Positions 23,731-36,997 of a stretch of DNA of 64,000 nt are shown here, piece after piece. Location: assembly GCF_009834535.1 (NCBI RefSeq), contig NC_045697.1:112718001-112782000 (forward strand), written 5' to 3'. This stretch comes from Camelus ferus. Its lineage: Eukaryota. The position numbers and the translations under genes were made by a program. Each line of letters opens with the position of its first letter. Positions within the stretch are counted from its first letter, which is position 1. The notes beneath the pieces are model-generated. The model did not search any database and was not told the origin of the DNA. It saw only the letters and a list, made by a program, of their open reading frames with translations.

Positions 23731-25999
23731 CAGAGCCTGATTATTTTTGGAAAGAAGTTTGTATTTACTACTTTGTAAAAGAACATAGAAAGCAAAAAAC
23801 AAAACAAAACAAAAATCATGTTCAAAATATTGTTGGGCATTCTTAAATTTATTTATCGTAAGTTGATATGATAACACTTACATACTTAATTAAGTATTGA
23901 TACTTAATACTTTAAAAAGTTAATACTTCATTTATACTTAAAAAAATACTATTGAATTACAGGCAGTAGAAAGCACCAGTGTCGTTCTGGGCCTCACATT
24001 GCTAGAGGTCTTCAGCCAGCCCAGAGTTGGGGTGTCCTCGGACCTACACACTGACACTCCCCATCAGTCTCGTCTTTTCCTTCACTTTGTACAACCCCAC
24101 ATCCTCAGCTGTCCACATCCAGGGTGGAGACCACCCTTGGGAGGGCAGCCCTCGTGGCTGATGTAAAGGGTTCGGTTGTTGGCGGCCAGGTGTTCAGACT
24201 GAAAGCATCTCCCAATCTGACGATTTTTACTTCCAGCTTCATAACTGGCACCATTTACAAGAAACCTTACCAAAGACAGGGAAGAAAGAAAGTGGAGTTT
24301 CATAGAAGTTACTGAACTCAGTGAAAATCGGTCATTATTTATACAAGTCAGTCCTTAACATTGTTAAATTATATTTTTATTTAAAAACCTTTTTATTTTG
24401 ACCAAAAACTTACCACGTATGTCATATGTGTGTTTGATTTTTTTATGACTTATATGTATAAGACATATATATATATATATACATGTCTACAAAAGTAATG
24501 GAAGCAAAAGAAAAGAAAAAAAAATACATATATCTTTTGCACATAATAATACCCTCATAATAATACAAGGTTCATGTAGTCCTGGCTTTCGATATGAATT
24601 GTGATCTCTTCCTCTGACTTATTCTGAAATCATGGAGAACTTTATGATAACAGAAAGTGGACCAAATAGCAATTTAACATTTTCAGTTCTTGGGGAAATT
24701 TTCTCTTACCAAAGAGATGGGCAGAGCTCGTAGTTATGACCAAAGTGCTCTTTTGAAATAAACAGAGAAAGCGTGAAATATTACAGATGTCATTATAAAA
24801 TGCAAATATCATGGCAGAGTGGATTAGACGTTGAGGCCCCAGCTGGGTTTTTCTTGAACCTATTAGTTTAGAAAGATAAACGCTGGTAAGAAGTTTTTCC
24901 TGGTACCGTTAGTAAACCACTTTGCAAGTTTCCCAGATAATATGTATGAATTGGCTTCACGGTAAGGAAGCACTTTTAAATTTTAAATTTTAAACCGTGT
25001 GTTAATTATCATGTGTAGGATTAAAGTCAGGGAGGGAAGGCAGAATGAAAGCTGGGACTTAGTGTAGAGATGCAAGGGGAAGAGGGCAGGCGGAGGGAGG
25101 GGACAGGACTTGGTGTGTCTGGGATGAGGTGGCGGCAATCACGCTGAGCTTTGAGGTCCCATCTCTGTGTGAAATGGGTGAGGTGGTCTAATCTGGCTTC
25201 CACCCAACCTCATTTTCTCCTTAAATACCAGCGTGGATGTGATCACATTTCCACGTGCCTTCCCCTCACTTCCCCGTTTCCCATCACGTCCCCATTTCCC
25301 ATTTTCTAGACCGCCTCCAAGTGGTATCCGTGCTCTCTCTGACTCTGAAAAACACTTCTGTTGAACAATGCTTAATTTCCAAACCACTCGTGGAGAAGAT
25401 GTGCTAACTGATACTCCTAGTTGAAATTTCCTTTCAGCTGTAGCATTTCAAATTCAGGCTGCAGAACTCCTGCTAAACTAGGTCAATCAAGCTGGGGCAG
25501 AACTGTCGATTAGGTACTTGAATCAGAAATGCTTATCTTGAGAAGCCAGGTAGTTAGGTAACCGTGGAGAAGGGACTGCCCAGGCAGTACACGATCAGTG
25601 AAATGGATGCTTTATTTTATGGGAGCAAGAGTTATTGCTGGGTTTTGGTTAGCTGTGGGTTTTGTTGCAATTACATCACCTGGTTGGAAATGTTTCTCAG
25701 TATCTGCCTATAAGTAATTTTTTTTCTTTCTCTTCCTCAAAATCCTGTGTCACAAAATAGCAAGACAGGAAACCATCAGTGCAGGAAATATGTGTGGGGC
25801 TCAGGGGAGAGAATCTCAGGAAGAGGCCAAGTTTTACTCTGATTTCCCAGAGACTCTGACTAATCACGTCAGAGTCAGTTCTGGAATTCAGAAGCAAAAG
25901 TTTGGAAAATCCTGTTAGAAAAGTATTAAACTATTGCATTTAACAATTTTATAATAAAAATAGTAAATACTTATTGGAGAAAACAAAATCATAAAGAAG

Positions 26000-27000
26000 T
26001 AAATAAAAATTACCTATGATCTTACTACCCAGAGTTGACTATTCAATTTTGTATATATTTATTAACACTATTTTTGTATATGTGTGTTTAAATTAGTTGA
26101 AATAATTCTACACGTAAAATACTATACTTTTCTTCTTTACAATGAAAAAGAGCCATTTTTATAACTTTAGTATAAATTCTTCATTAGCATTATTTCAATA
26201 GCTAAATAATATTTATTCAATGGATATGTCAAATTTTATTTAACAATGCCCCCATTGTAATACATTTGGATCACTTCTGGTTTGTCGCTTCCACAAACAT
26301 CCTTAGGCATAAAAATTCTTTGGGCAATTTTGATTAGTTTCCTGGAATAGATTCCTAGAAATGAAGTTATAAAATGATAATTGGAAGAAAGATTGTAAGG
26401 ACAGCTTGGAACAAGTACTGAATTGCTTTCAAAATAGCAGTTTACATATTCATAAAATGTGTATAAATACTCATTTCCCCTGTAAGCATGTCTGTGTGTG
26501 TGCATATAAATTATAACACACACATACATAGTATGTCACATCTGACTAAAAGCTATAATTTAGCTTACATTTTTTATATTGTGATATATTTGAAAAATAT
26601 TTTTTTGCCATTTATGCTTTCTCTTTGGGAATTGTCTGTTTATATACTTGACCCATTTTAATACTAGGAATATTGTGACCATCCTTTATCAATTTACATA
26701 ACCATTTTACAGACTAATCACTTTTTGAAAATTTTAGTAAATATGGTGCTATGTTTGTTTATTCCAATTACCTTTTTTTTGTTTAGGATTGCGACAAACT
26801 GAAGTGCTGATTATTTATGTTTTTTCCATTTCATTGGATATGTCCTTCGTATCACCTTTCATCTTTAAGCTTGGGAAAAATTTTTTGCATCTTGATACTT
26901 ATGAGATATACTTTTTGGCTTTCTTCTTGATTTTATTTATTTATTCATTTTTTACATTCATCTTCTGAATCCATTTGGACTTTAGTTGGTTGAGCAAAGT
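26000..27000 (-). mobile_element. Highly decayed L1 (L1ME-type) 3' region
   Basis: atagattcctagaaatgaagtt, tttgccatttatgctttctctttgggaattgtctgttta, aatccatttgga. Confidence 0.65.
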
Positions 27001-28458
27001 TTTATTAGTCTGAAACATTTTTCTTGTGAATGATCACCCTGTTTTGGACTAAAGTGGGCAGGTTTACTGATCTGTAAAATTGGGAAAGGAAACATTGTAC
27101 ATAGGGAGGACAATCAGAATCAGATAGGATGCTTTCCCCTGTCTCTCCTGCTCTCTGCGTGCTGGTTTCATTTTCTGCTCCCAGGGGGGAAATGGTGACC
27201 ATCTATTTATATCCACAGAGCTTTGCCACCAGAGAGCGAGTCCCTCCCTGCTAAAGCTTTGCTTAAGGAAGAGTGTCAGTTGTCGTATCATTGGTTACAT
27301 GTCTACCCTAGTGGCCAAAGGACCAGGGTACTAGGATGCATAGTCCCCGCTGGATCCCATGGCTGGAGCTGGCCGGGAGTGGTCACCCGGAAAAGGAGGA
27401 TGCTGTAATTAACAGGAAACGAGAAAGTGCTGGATGGACAAAAAGGGACCGGAGCTCAGAGGTGGGACTATGCCTCCCATTCAATGTTCTGCTTCAGTTT
27501 GTCTCCCTGTTTGGAGTTTATAGGGGTTGCCAGTCATGCTGTCATCCCTCTCACTCTTTCCCTCCCCCCAGAATGGGAGACCAACCGCCTGAGAAAGAAA
27601 GGAGGACGTCAGACAGGTGGCAATGAAGACATTAATACATTGCCTGTAAAGTTGACTGGAGAAAACGTACCTACTTGCCCAGCAGTTGGGTTTGTGTGTG
27701 TGAACTCCTAAATGGAACTCATCCTTTGTTGCTATAGGCATGCCCCTAGTAAGGACAGGGCCCCCGGGGTGAGCCTAGGGCGTGGATGAACAGAGAATCT
27801 CAGCATCCCCCAAGGACAGGCACTTCCACACTTGCAGACTGTTCCCGAAGAAAGTGAATGAAATGAGATGAGAAGTAGGAGGCTCTCTGCAGAGTCGTGC
27901 TGTTTGAGATGGGTTGGTGAAAGATGAAGCATCCTCAAAGAGTCTTCCAAAAAATGGGGGTAAAGGATTTTGACAAGGTAAGGGGAAGACAAAGAAAGAG
28001 AGGCTTCCACGGGTGAGCCTCGTGTTTGTGTTTGTGTTGGGACCCGTTTCACCACCATCCCCGCAGCGCTCCGCAGCACTGGCCTGCCGGCGCAGAAGTC
28101 ACGAAGGCCTGAGGGCGGAGTGCAGCCGAGTGCTCCGAGGCGGCCACGCATGCATCTTCACCAACACAAAGGAAGTTTGGAGCCTCAGGTCTTATCTCTT
28201 CAACCTCGTGTCCTCACATGCTTATTTTTCAATGAGGAAGATCAAATCGAAATTTGATAGTTAACCTTTTTTTTTTTTTTCATGCTGCCTCTGCTGTGCA
28301 GTAAGAAATACTACATTTAATTTTGGGAGTTCAAAAATGTCGTGCCAAATTTTGCTTTGTAACAGCTGCTTTTGAGTTTAAGAATGTTTGAACTTATGTC
28401 TTTTAGAAACCATAGTTTTAGGTTTTACTAGCTGGCAACTTGGTGAATCTTGAAGGAA

Positions 28459-28484
28459 GTGTGTGTGTGTGTCTGTGTGTGTGT
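28459..28484. repeat. (TG)n microsatellite
   Basis: Visible interrupted TG array. Confidence 0.85.
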
Positions 28485-28891
28485 CTACAGATTTCCATCT
28501 TATCTTCATGGATAATGCTGTGTCTGGGCCATTATCCAAAGGTGAAAAAAACAGGCTATTCCAAGTCCCCTTGGGAATGCATAACTTTATTATGATCTTC
28601 TTTCAAAACTGGAAACACTGAACTTTCCAAAAGTGTTGTGTTCTGTCATTAAAGTGAGTGATTTGAAACACAAGAGACTAAGAGGGGATGAGAGTTAGCC
28701 ACACGGCTGAAAATGAAGGCAGGGCAGGGGGCAGACCAGCTGGGAATGCTTTGAAGACAAATGGGGAGGCTCAAATAACTCATTCCTTCATTTGTATTGT
28801 TTTAATGCACCAGCTAGCGGGCATTAATTAGTATAACCTTGGATTTCTACTCTGTGAATGACTCCTTCACCTTTGTATGGACTGGATTTGT

Positions 28892-29049
28892 TTTTTTTGC
28901 TTTTTTGTTTTTTTGAATAGTTTTAATAATTTTTTAGGGGAGGAGGTAATTGGGTTTGTTTATTCATTTTTAAGTGGAGATACTGGGGATTGAACCCAGG
29001 ACCTTGTGCATGCTAGGCAGGCACTCTACCACTGAGCTACACCCTCCCC
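28892..29049 (-). mobile_element. tRNA-Ala-derived SINE (Vic-1-like)
   Basis: ggggattgaacccaggaccttgtgcatgctaggcaggcactctaccactgagctacaccctcccc with a T-rich tail. Confidence 0.92.
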
Positions 29050-29229
29050 TCTGGAGCATTATTTTGTTGTAGTTTTAGAACTCTTGGAGATAAAGCTCTT
29101 CTACAGGAGTTTTAATTCTGTTGATTTAGTCTGGTGGGGTTTTGTTTCATTTAATTAACAGTTTAATTACTGAAAATTGATTTCTCTTCTAGACTTCTCA
29201 TATTCTTTTAGTGCAATATTTCTACTGAA

Positions 29230-29416
29230 CAGTGGTTTGCAAACTTTGGTGTGCTTCAGTGTCCGCTGGAGAGCTGGTTAAAACATACTGCTTATCCCCA
29301 AGCTTAGCGCGTCTGATTGAGGAGGTCTGGGTGGAACCTGGGAATTTGCATCCCTGTGGAATTCCCAAGGTGATGCTGACGGCGCCGATCTGAGAACTGC
29401 ACTTGGAGAACCAGTG
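29230..29416. mobile_element. hAT-Charlie MITE (MER5A-like)
   Basis: Termini cagtggtttgcaaact / acttggagaaccagtg, internal aggtctgggtggaacctgggaatttgcat, about 187 bp. Confidence 0.8.
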
Positions 29417-30490
29417 CTGCAGAAAATTGACTGTGACTCAGAAATGGAAGCCCTTGATGTGATTACTTTTCAGATACTTCAGTTCTTGGTTTTAAAGTCA
29501 GCTGTGTCTCTAGATGCTGGCTGCTTAAAGCTAGAAATTTGTAGGACCCAAGGGAAGATGGTTTTATTAGTGAGTGAGGATGTTATGAGTAGGGCTGTTC
29601 TCACTCTATAATGACAGTTCTTTAAACAGATCTTCCACTACCGTCTTAGTTTGACTCAAGACCTGCTTCTCAAAGATGGTTTTTGCTCAATCCAGAGTGC
29701 ACTTGAAGCATGAATCTGCACCGTAAGGTCATACTGGAAATAAACAAAAAGCGTTGCCTGCCATGTTGCATGTTCTAAGAAGCCTGCTTTATAAATCAGC
29801 TATTGCTTCAGCTGCAGAAATCAGAGATTCAATGCTTGGTGCACAAGTGATTCCAAACAATTCTTCCAAGGTGATCTCTAATATGTATGTAAGTATAAAA
29901 AGCCATTAGATAGAAATGTTTTGCTAAAAGACACTCTTGACTTTGTGATCGGGATTAGAGAGTGAATTTACTTCCCACCTCCCCCAGCCCACGTGGAATT
30001 AAAATGAAAAGATACAAAAGGCCATTACATTGGAGGAAAAAACTGACTTAATCTTCAGGTAGAAATGCCTACCACCTTTTACTCGCCATATAGTCATCTC
30101 AAGTGGCACTGTGCTTGAGCCGAATACAGAGAATTACTTAAAGGAGTGTGTGATTGCAAAGCTAAGAGCTACTGAACGCTCGGTGGATCTAATTAGAATG
30201 CAAAGTTTAGAGACATCTGTGAATTCAGGAGACAGAACTGGTATATCCTTCAGGTACATGTCTTACAATGAGAAAATATTCTTTTAAAATAATTCAGAAG
30301 TAACTTTACTTCCCAATGATGTAAAGTTATGAGGACCACTTCTTCCAGAAATTCCAGCTGGGGATTTTAGCGAGAATTCAAAAGACATAAAGTCTAGAGT
30401 CAGAGGAAGTACTTTAAAATGAGGCTTATAGGGTGAGTCAGGTAGTCAATGTGTGTGTCCTTTACCACCTGAATGTGGCACATGGAGTCA

Positions 30491-31541
30491 TTTTTTTTTA
30501 ATTGAAGTATAGTCAGTTTACAATGCGTGTCAATTTCTGGTGTACAGCATCATGTCTCAGTCATACATATACATACATAAATTCCTTTTCATATTTCTTT
30601 TCATTATATGTTACTGCAAGATACTGAATAGAGTTCCCTGTGCTATACAGAAGAAATGCTTTTTTATCTGTTTTACATATAGTAGTGTGTATCTGCAAAT
30701 CTCAAACTCCCAGTTTATCCCTTCCCACCCCTTTTCCCCCTTGGTAACCACAAGTTTGTTTTCTACGTCTGTGGGTCTGATAAGTTCATCTGTGTCTTTT
30801 TTATTTCAGATGAGTGATATAATATGGTATCTTTCTTTCTTTTTCCAGCTTACTTCACTTAGAATGACGATCTCCAGGTCTATCCATGTTGCTGCAAGTG
30901 GCATTATTTTATTATTTTTCATGGCTGAGTAGTATTCCATTGTATAAATACACCACAATTTCTTTATCCAGTCATCTGTCGATGAATATTTAGGTTGTTC
31001 CCACATCTTGGCTACTATAAGTGCTGCTGCTATGAACACTGGGGTGCATGTATCTTTTCAAATTAGAGTTCCCTCTGAGTATATGCCCAGGAGTGAGACT
31101 GCTGGAAGATATAGTAATGCTATTTTTAGTTTTCTGAGGAATCTCCATACTGTTTTTCATAGTGGCTGCACAAAATTACATTCCTATCAGCAGTGTAGAA
31201 GGGTTCTCTTTTCTCCACACCCTCTCCAGCATTTATCGTTTGTGGACTTTTTTAATGATGGCCATTCTGACTGGTATAAGGTGATACTTCACTGTAGTTT
31301 TGATTTGCATTTCTCTGATAATTAGCGATACTGAGCCTTTTTTCATGTGCCTATTGGCCATTTGTATGTCTTCATTGGAGAACTGCTTGTTTAGGCCTTC
31401 TGCCCATTTTTTGATTGAGTTGTTTGTTTTGTTTGAGTTGTATGAGCTGTTTGTATATGCCGGAAATTAACAATTTGCAAATCTTTTCTCCCATTCCATA
31501 GGTTGTCATTTTGTTTTGCTTATGCTTTCCTTTGCTGTGTA
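30491..31541 (-). mobile_element. 5'-truncated L1 (ORF2 C-terminus + 3' UTR)
   Basis: ORF 30806-31039 ([41 protein letters not shown]) is the L1 ORF2 C-terminus. Poly-T at the left; probable TSD a(g/a)tcattttt. Confidence 0.95.
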
Positions 31542-31959
31542 AGAAATCATTTTTGTAGGTGACAGAGAATTTCTAACTCAGGATTAGGGTAGTCGGGAAA
31601 ATGACTTTCTATAACAATTCATTCCCTATGATTAGAGCAAAGCACCTAGATTTCTTTAACTGATTTATCTCATCATTCTCACCAGAGGAAAGAGCTACTT
31701 TTAAAAAATGTACCCTTTTTTAGAAATAAAATAAGATCCAGTTAGTGTTATTTGCAAAGTCACAGAGTACAGGCTTTGGGCAAATCAAGGGAAATTTTGG
31801 TCAATGGTTTCCTCTCAAGAATTAAATGTATCTAATGTATGTCCAGAATTACTTTTGCTTTCCAATGGCAAATACCTTCTCTCCATTACAAAGAAATCCT
31901 CTTTAAAACACTCCTGTAAATAATCCTGAAACTTATAAACTGGATACTGAGTTTGGACA

Positions 31960-32290
31960 TTAAAACAAGGAATGAAGAAGACACACATGCAACAGCACGG
32001 ATGACTCTCAAAACCTTATGCTGAGTGAAAGAAGCCAGACACAAAAAGTGTAGCTGTTGTTATTCTATTTGTAGGAAGTTAGAGAAGTATGAGTAATAGT
32101 CACCTCTTAGAAAGAAGGGTTGACCAGGAAGAGGAAAGATCAAGCACACGTTGCTGGAAATGTGTATGTTGCTCTGACTGCACACATGGGTGTACAAAAC
32201 GTACAAATGTAATATTTCACCGTGCTCTATGCTTAAGATTAGTACAGCTCACTAAATTCAGGGTGTACCTTAATGAAAAATACATCAAAA
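31960..32290 (+). mobile_element. Old L1 (L1MC/ME-type) 3' end
   Basis: catgcaacagcacggatgactctcaaaaccttatgctgagtgaaagaagccagacacaaaa. Confidence 0.75.
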
Positions 32291-33599
32291 GCAAGTCACT
32301 GTAGGTAATTCAAGTTGGCTCAACTCAAAATATTTAAATAAAGCATCTTGTAAAGAGAACAAAAATCAGATTTTGCATAGATTTTTCAGGAAACTGATAG
32401 GTAGACAGATGTCCAGGGACAATTTTCTTCAGAAACTGGTGCATCAAATATTACAGCCTGTCTGTATGTTAACTTCCAGGTGATTCCAAATAGTCCACTT
32501 GAAATCTTCCCAAGATCAACAATTCATGGATTGTTGGTGATTTAAAAACAAACAAAAAAAAATTTAGGGTTTATCCTTTTATAAGTTCTGGGTAAAAGAT
32601 AAGTTAAAATGCACAGGGCTGTATGGGGTTTTTTGTTTGTTTGTTTGTTTTGGCTTTCTTTAAAAAACAAAGTACAAACTTCGTTCTCTCTCTAGCTCCT
32701 GAGTGGCGCAGTGATGGTATTACAGTTAGATCCCTTAAGAATATCTGGTGGAAAGATGTGAACTTTAGCGTGTTCTGTGAGTTATGGACATGAGCTGGTA
32801 ATTTTCCCATGAGTATTTCAGTTCATGGTACAGGGCTGGTCTGCAGGATTTAAGAGAAAAATCACTGATTTCAGAGACACCTTGAACTTCTTGGTTATTA
32901 TCTGTTTATTGGCTGATGTGAAATGTAGCCTTTTCCCCTGGAGTTTGGAGAGGCTGAAAACATCTTACTCGTCTTTCCTGTGATGGAACATCTGTGATGG
33001 TATTTTTATTTAAAAAGTTTTCCGTTTCCTTTTGTGATGATTCTTGGTGATCTGCGGAGTCAGAAGGCTTTATCTTTGAAAAATCACTTTAAAAAGCCAA
33101 TCATGTCATGATAATTATCTGAAGCCCCCATACCAGAAGCTACTTGGTTTTGTCTTGCTTAAATGTAGTGAAAAGGAAGTCGAATATATTTTATCAAAGA
33201 ATATAGCCTAAAATTATGTTTCTGTATTTTTTTATTGTTACCAGAATTTTCTGTGTGTAAAACTATTGAGGAGTTGGGAGAAAGGTGTTGTGTATGACAG
33301 TGCCTATTAATTTGTATTTAAGATATTATAATAAAGAGAAAAGATACCTAGGAATTATATGTTGGGTGTTTTAATAAAATAGAGTAGGAGAGGAAAGTGA
33401 TGTTGAGGAGAAAAGACAGGATATGTGCCAATAAAATAAGAGAAAATACTGGTTTACAGTTAATAACATAATTTAACTTAAAATAATGAAAATTAATACT
33501 ATTATAGTTTTTAGTTTAATTCTTCATCATTAAAAAATCAAAGAATGGTGAGAGCCTCATTTTTAAGCTTTGTAAAGATACTACATGTTTAATTTTTTG

Positions 33600-33862
33600 G
33601 CAAAGATTAACTACCATATATAAATTAGATAAAAAATCAAATTTCTTCTGTATAGCACATGGAACTATATTCAGTGTCATGTAGTAACTGTAATGAAAAA
33701 GAATATGAAAACAAATATATGTATGTATTGTATGACTGAAACATTATGCTGTACACCAGAAATTGATGCATTGTAACTGACTATAATCTAAAAAAAAATT
33801 CAAAAAATCTTTAAAAATCTTTAAAAGTTTAAAAATAAAAACATAAAAATAAAATAAAATAA
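33600..33862 (+). mobile_element. Short young L1 3' UTR
   Basis: Similar to 5165-5360 (tttcttctgtatagcac ... tgtacaccagaaattga ... cattgtaactgact) plus an A-rich tail. Confidence 0.9.
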
Positions 33863-34452
33863 GAGTTTTTTTCTTAGAATCCAGTGAAAAAAATCAAATA
33901 TTAGTAGGTCTGTTCATTTATTTTTTATTATTAAGTCTCAATTGAGGCTTATATTTATAGAAAAAAGAGTGGGAAAGGAAAGGAGTAAAATTTGGCTGAA
34001 GCCCCTTGGTTTTGAACCTGGGTTGCAGAAAATGTGGCCATTCTAGATCCTGTATTCTTCTCTTCCAGAGGAAATAATAGAAAGAGACAAAGTCCCTACT
34101 GAAGAACTGGACACTTCATTAATTTTTTTTTAAATTTAAACTTTATTAAATATTTTTATAAAAATTAAACTATTTGCAAGAAAAAGGCTTATATACCTTT
34201 TTACATGCTAGTTTACACTTGCCTGATTTAGCAAATAGTTAAATTTATTTAAATTTTTTGTGTCTTTTTTTAAGATTCTCAGATATTATATTCACTTTTA
34301 GAAGGATACACAACATTTTTGTACGCATGCTAAAAAATGTACCTTTTTTTTCATCATTAAAGCTTAGGCATATGGGAGCATCCAGAGACAATGCTTTGTC
34401 AGAATCATCAGACGTTATTCATTGAGAATCTCTTGGAAGAGACACTTAGATG

Positions 34453-34643
34453 AGGGCTATCCCACAGAACTTCTGTCATGGTGGAAATGTTCCATGTGCA
34501 CCATCCAAATAGAGAGCTGCTAGCCACGTGCAGCTACTGAGCATGTGCAATGGGCTAATACAAATCAGAGACAAAATATTTTATTTTATTTAATGTAAAT
34601 TTAAATGTCAGGTGGCTGGTTGCTGTGTTATTGGATAGTACAG
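34453..34643. mobile_element. hAT-Charlie MITE (MER3-like)
   Basis: agaacttctgtcatggtggaaatgttc, tagccacgtgcagctactgagca, gtgttattggatagtacag. Confidence 0.75.
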
Positions 34644-35399
34644 CTTTAGATACAAAAAATCATGTAGAGAGCTTCCATGAAGACAGCAGTACCCACCTGA
34701 CAGTATCCCTGGGAAGTTAAATGACCTAAAATAATGACGTGTATACATAGTACCTGGTACAAACTAGATGTTGTACATCAGTCACTTTCCTTCCTTTCCT
34801 TGTGTAATTCAATGCTTAGCCATTACAGCTGCTCCTAGAGATATGCTGATTTTTCTCCTTTTTTAAAATCATTTGTTTTATGTTCTCCCTTTATGTTATC
34901 CTAAAATTCTCTCTTACTCTCTCCATGTTCAACTAAGCAGTCCATCTTACTTCTACTTATCTGCTCTTTTGTTTACTCCTTCCCTTCACGATGGGAAAGG
35001 CTACTTAACAGTTACTTCTCTTTCCCAAAATGCTCCATCCGGAGTGTAAGTATGATCTGGAAATGAACTTGCTTGATTAGAATTTGGCATTGAGTGTGGG
35101 GCACTAAGTCTACCCTGAGAACATGGAACTATCACCCAGACCTCATGTTGCTTAGTGGTTCAAACACTCCCTCAGAGTGAGACTCAAATGTAAACTGATA
35201 CTATGCTGGAAATGGTCCCTAAGTGCAAATACATATCCATTCTTGAAGAATGTATCTTCAACTGGGGCCTCCAAGAACTTCCAAGTTAAAGTTTCAAGAA
35301 ACATGAAATTAGGGTTTCAAATTATATACCAACATGCAAGCTCTCACACGGATACACTCAAGAAGAGACAAAGACAACAGAGTGAGGCCCAGAAAATTT

Positions 35400-36995
35400 G
35401 GATGTTGAAATGGCCAAGCACAGAGTATTAAAGACCTACAAGTGATATGTTTTTTAAAAAAGTAAGAGAATGGGAAGTTTTGCATAAGAAAGATTTATAA
35501 AAAGATCCACAGACATAGAAAAGAATCAAAGAAAAGTCTATAAACTGAAAAATACAAGTAAGGCTAAAAACTCAACAGACAAATTAAAAACAGATTAAAT
35601 GCAGCCCGAGAAATTAGCAGAAGTACAAACCAAATGCCCAAAATGCAGCACAGAGAAAATTAAATATAAGTTAGAAAAGAGACTTTAATCAAAATGGAAT
35701 AATGTGAAAATGTCTAATATATTTCTATCTAGAGTTCTGAAAGGTCATATTAGAGAGAAAAGAGATATGTTAATATTTGAAGAGATAAATTTGGCAACTT
35801 TAAGAATTGTTAAAAAGTACTAATCCCAGATCAGGAAGTTCAGATAATCTCAGATGGAATAAATACACACCGACAGACAGACGGGCAGACACACGGACAC
35901 ACACCCCCCCCCCACATCACAGTGGAGCTACAACACCAAAGACAGACAGAGCTTAAAGAGACCCACAGAGAAGAGAGACAGACCACATATAAAGGACCAC
36001 AGACTTCCTGATAGCAAGAATGGAAGCTCTGGGCAATAGAAAAATATCCTCAATATATTAAGAGAAAAAAATAAACAACTCAGCACATACGAAATACATT
36101 TCAAGAATAAGAGTGAAATAAAGACAAAGGGAAATAAAGGATAGAATTTGCTACCAACAGACCATTATGAAAGGAAGTTCTCTGACATGCCTCTGACAAT
36201 TAGAAAATAATTCTAAACAGGATGTCTGAAACACCAGGAGGAATTAGACATAAAGGTGTGAGATGTGGTCAGATCTAAAACATTCTCAGGCCATTTATTA
36301 ATCAGAAGGAAGATAAATAATTTGCTATACTTCATACTTTATTAAGTAGGAAGTTAAAAAACTGTATAACTACTAAAAAAAAGAATAAAGAATGTAATCA
36401 CCAAAGAGTCAAAGAGTGAAGGAAAAAGAATAGAATGAGGAGAGAAGTAATCTAAAACAAGTCCAGAAAAAATTATGAGAATAAATTAAAATGGCAAAAT
36501 ACATACAAATAAAATAGGCTCACTAATGAAAAGAGAAAAACTGTCAGACAGGTATTAAAACATGCATAAATATAGTGATGTGCTATTTTTAAGGGCTCCA
36601 CCTGAAACTTGACACAAAAGGGCAAAGACTTGGCGCTAACGTCACCACTTCAACCTTTCCCTGTTATTGGCTACAACAAAATAAAAACAAAAACTGACGT
36701 AGCCGTAGTAATATCAGACAAATTAGACTTTAAGTCAAATTCTTGCTAGAAGTAAAGCCTGACTACATATTGATAAAAGTTTCAGTTTCCTAGGAGAATG
36801 TGATCATTACAAATTTATGTACATTAAATATTCTTCATAACTTGACAGAATTACATGGGGTAGTTGATAAATCATCATCATAAAGGAAAAAATTTCACAC
36901 ACTCTATTAGTAAATGATAGATGAAAGGAAAAGATAATAAAGTTAAAAAAGACCTAAACAACATAATGTGAATATTTAACAAGATTGCATTTCTA
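35400..36995 (+). mobile_element. Old L1 (ORF1 to ORF2 remnants), left part of the Tigger1 host
   Basis: A-rich, with endonuclease-region remnant gtagccgtagtaatatcagacaaattagactttaag. Ends gattgcatttcta at the Tigger junction. Confidence 0.75.
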
Positions 36996-36997
36996 TG

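Noticed and set aside
24082..24315. Opposing ORFs in a GC-richer patch as an exon or processed pseudogene
   Set aside because: No recognisable protein, no paired splice sites, and no poly-A or TSD.
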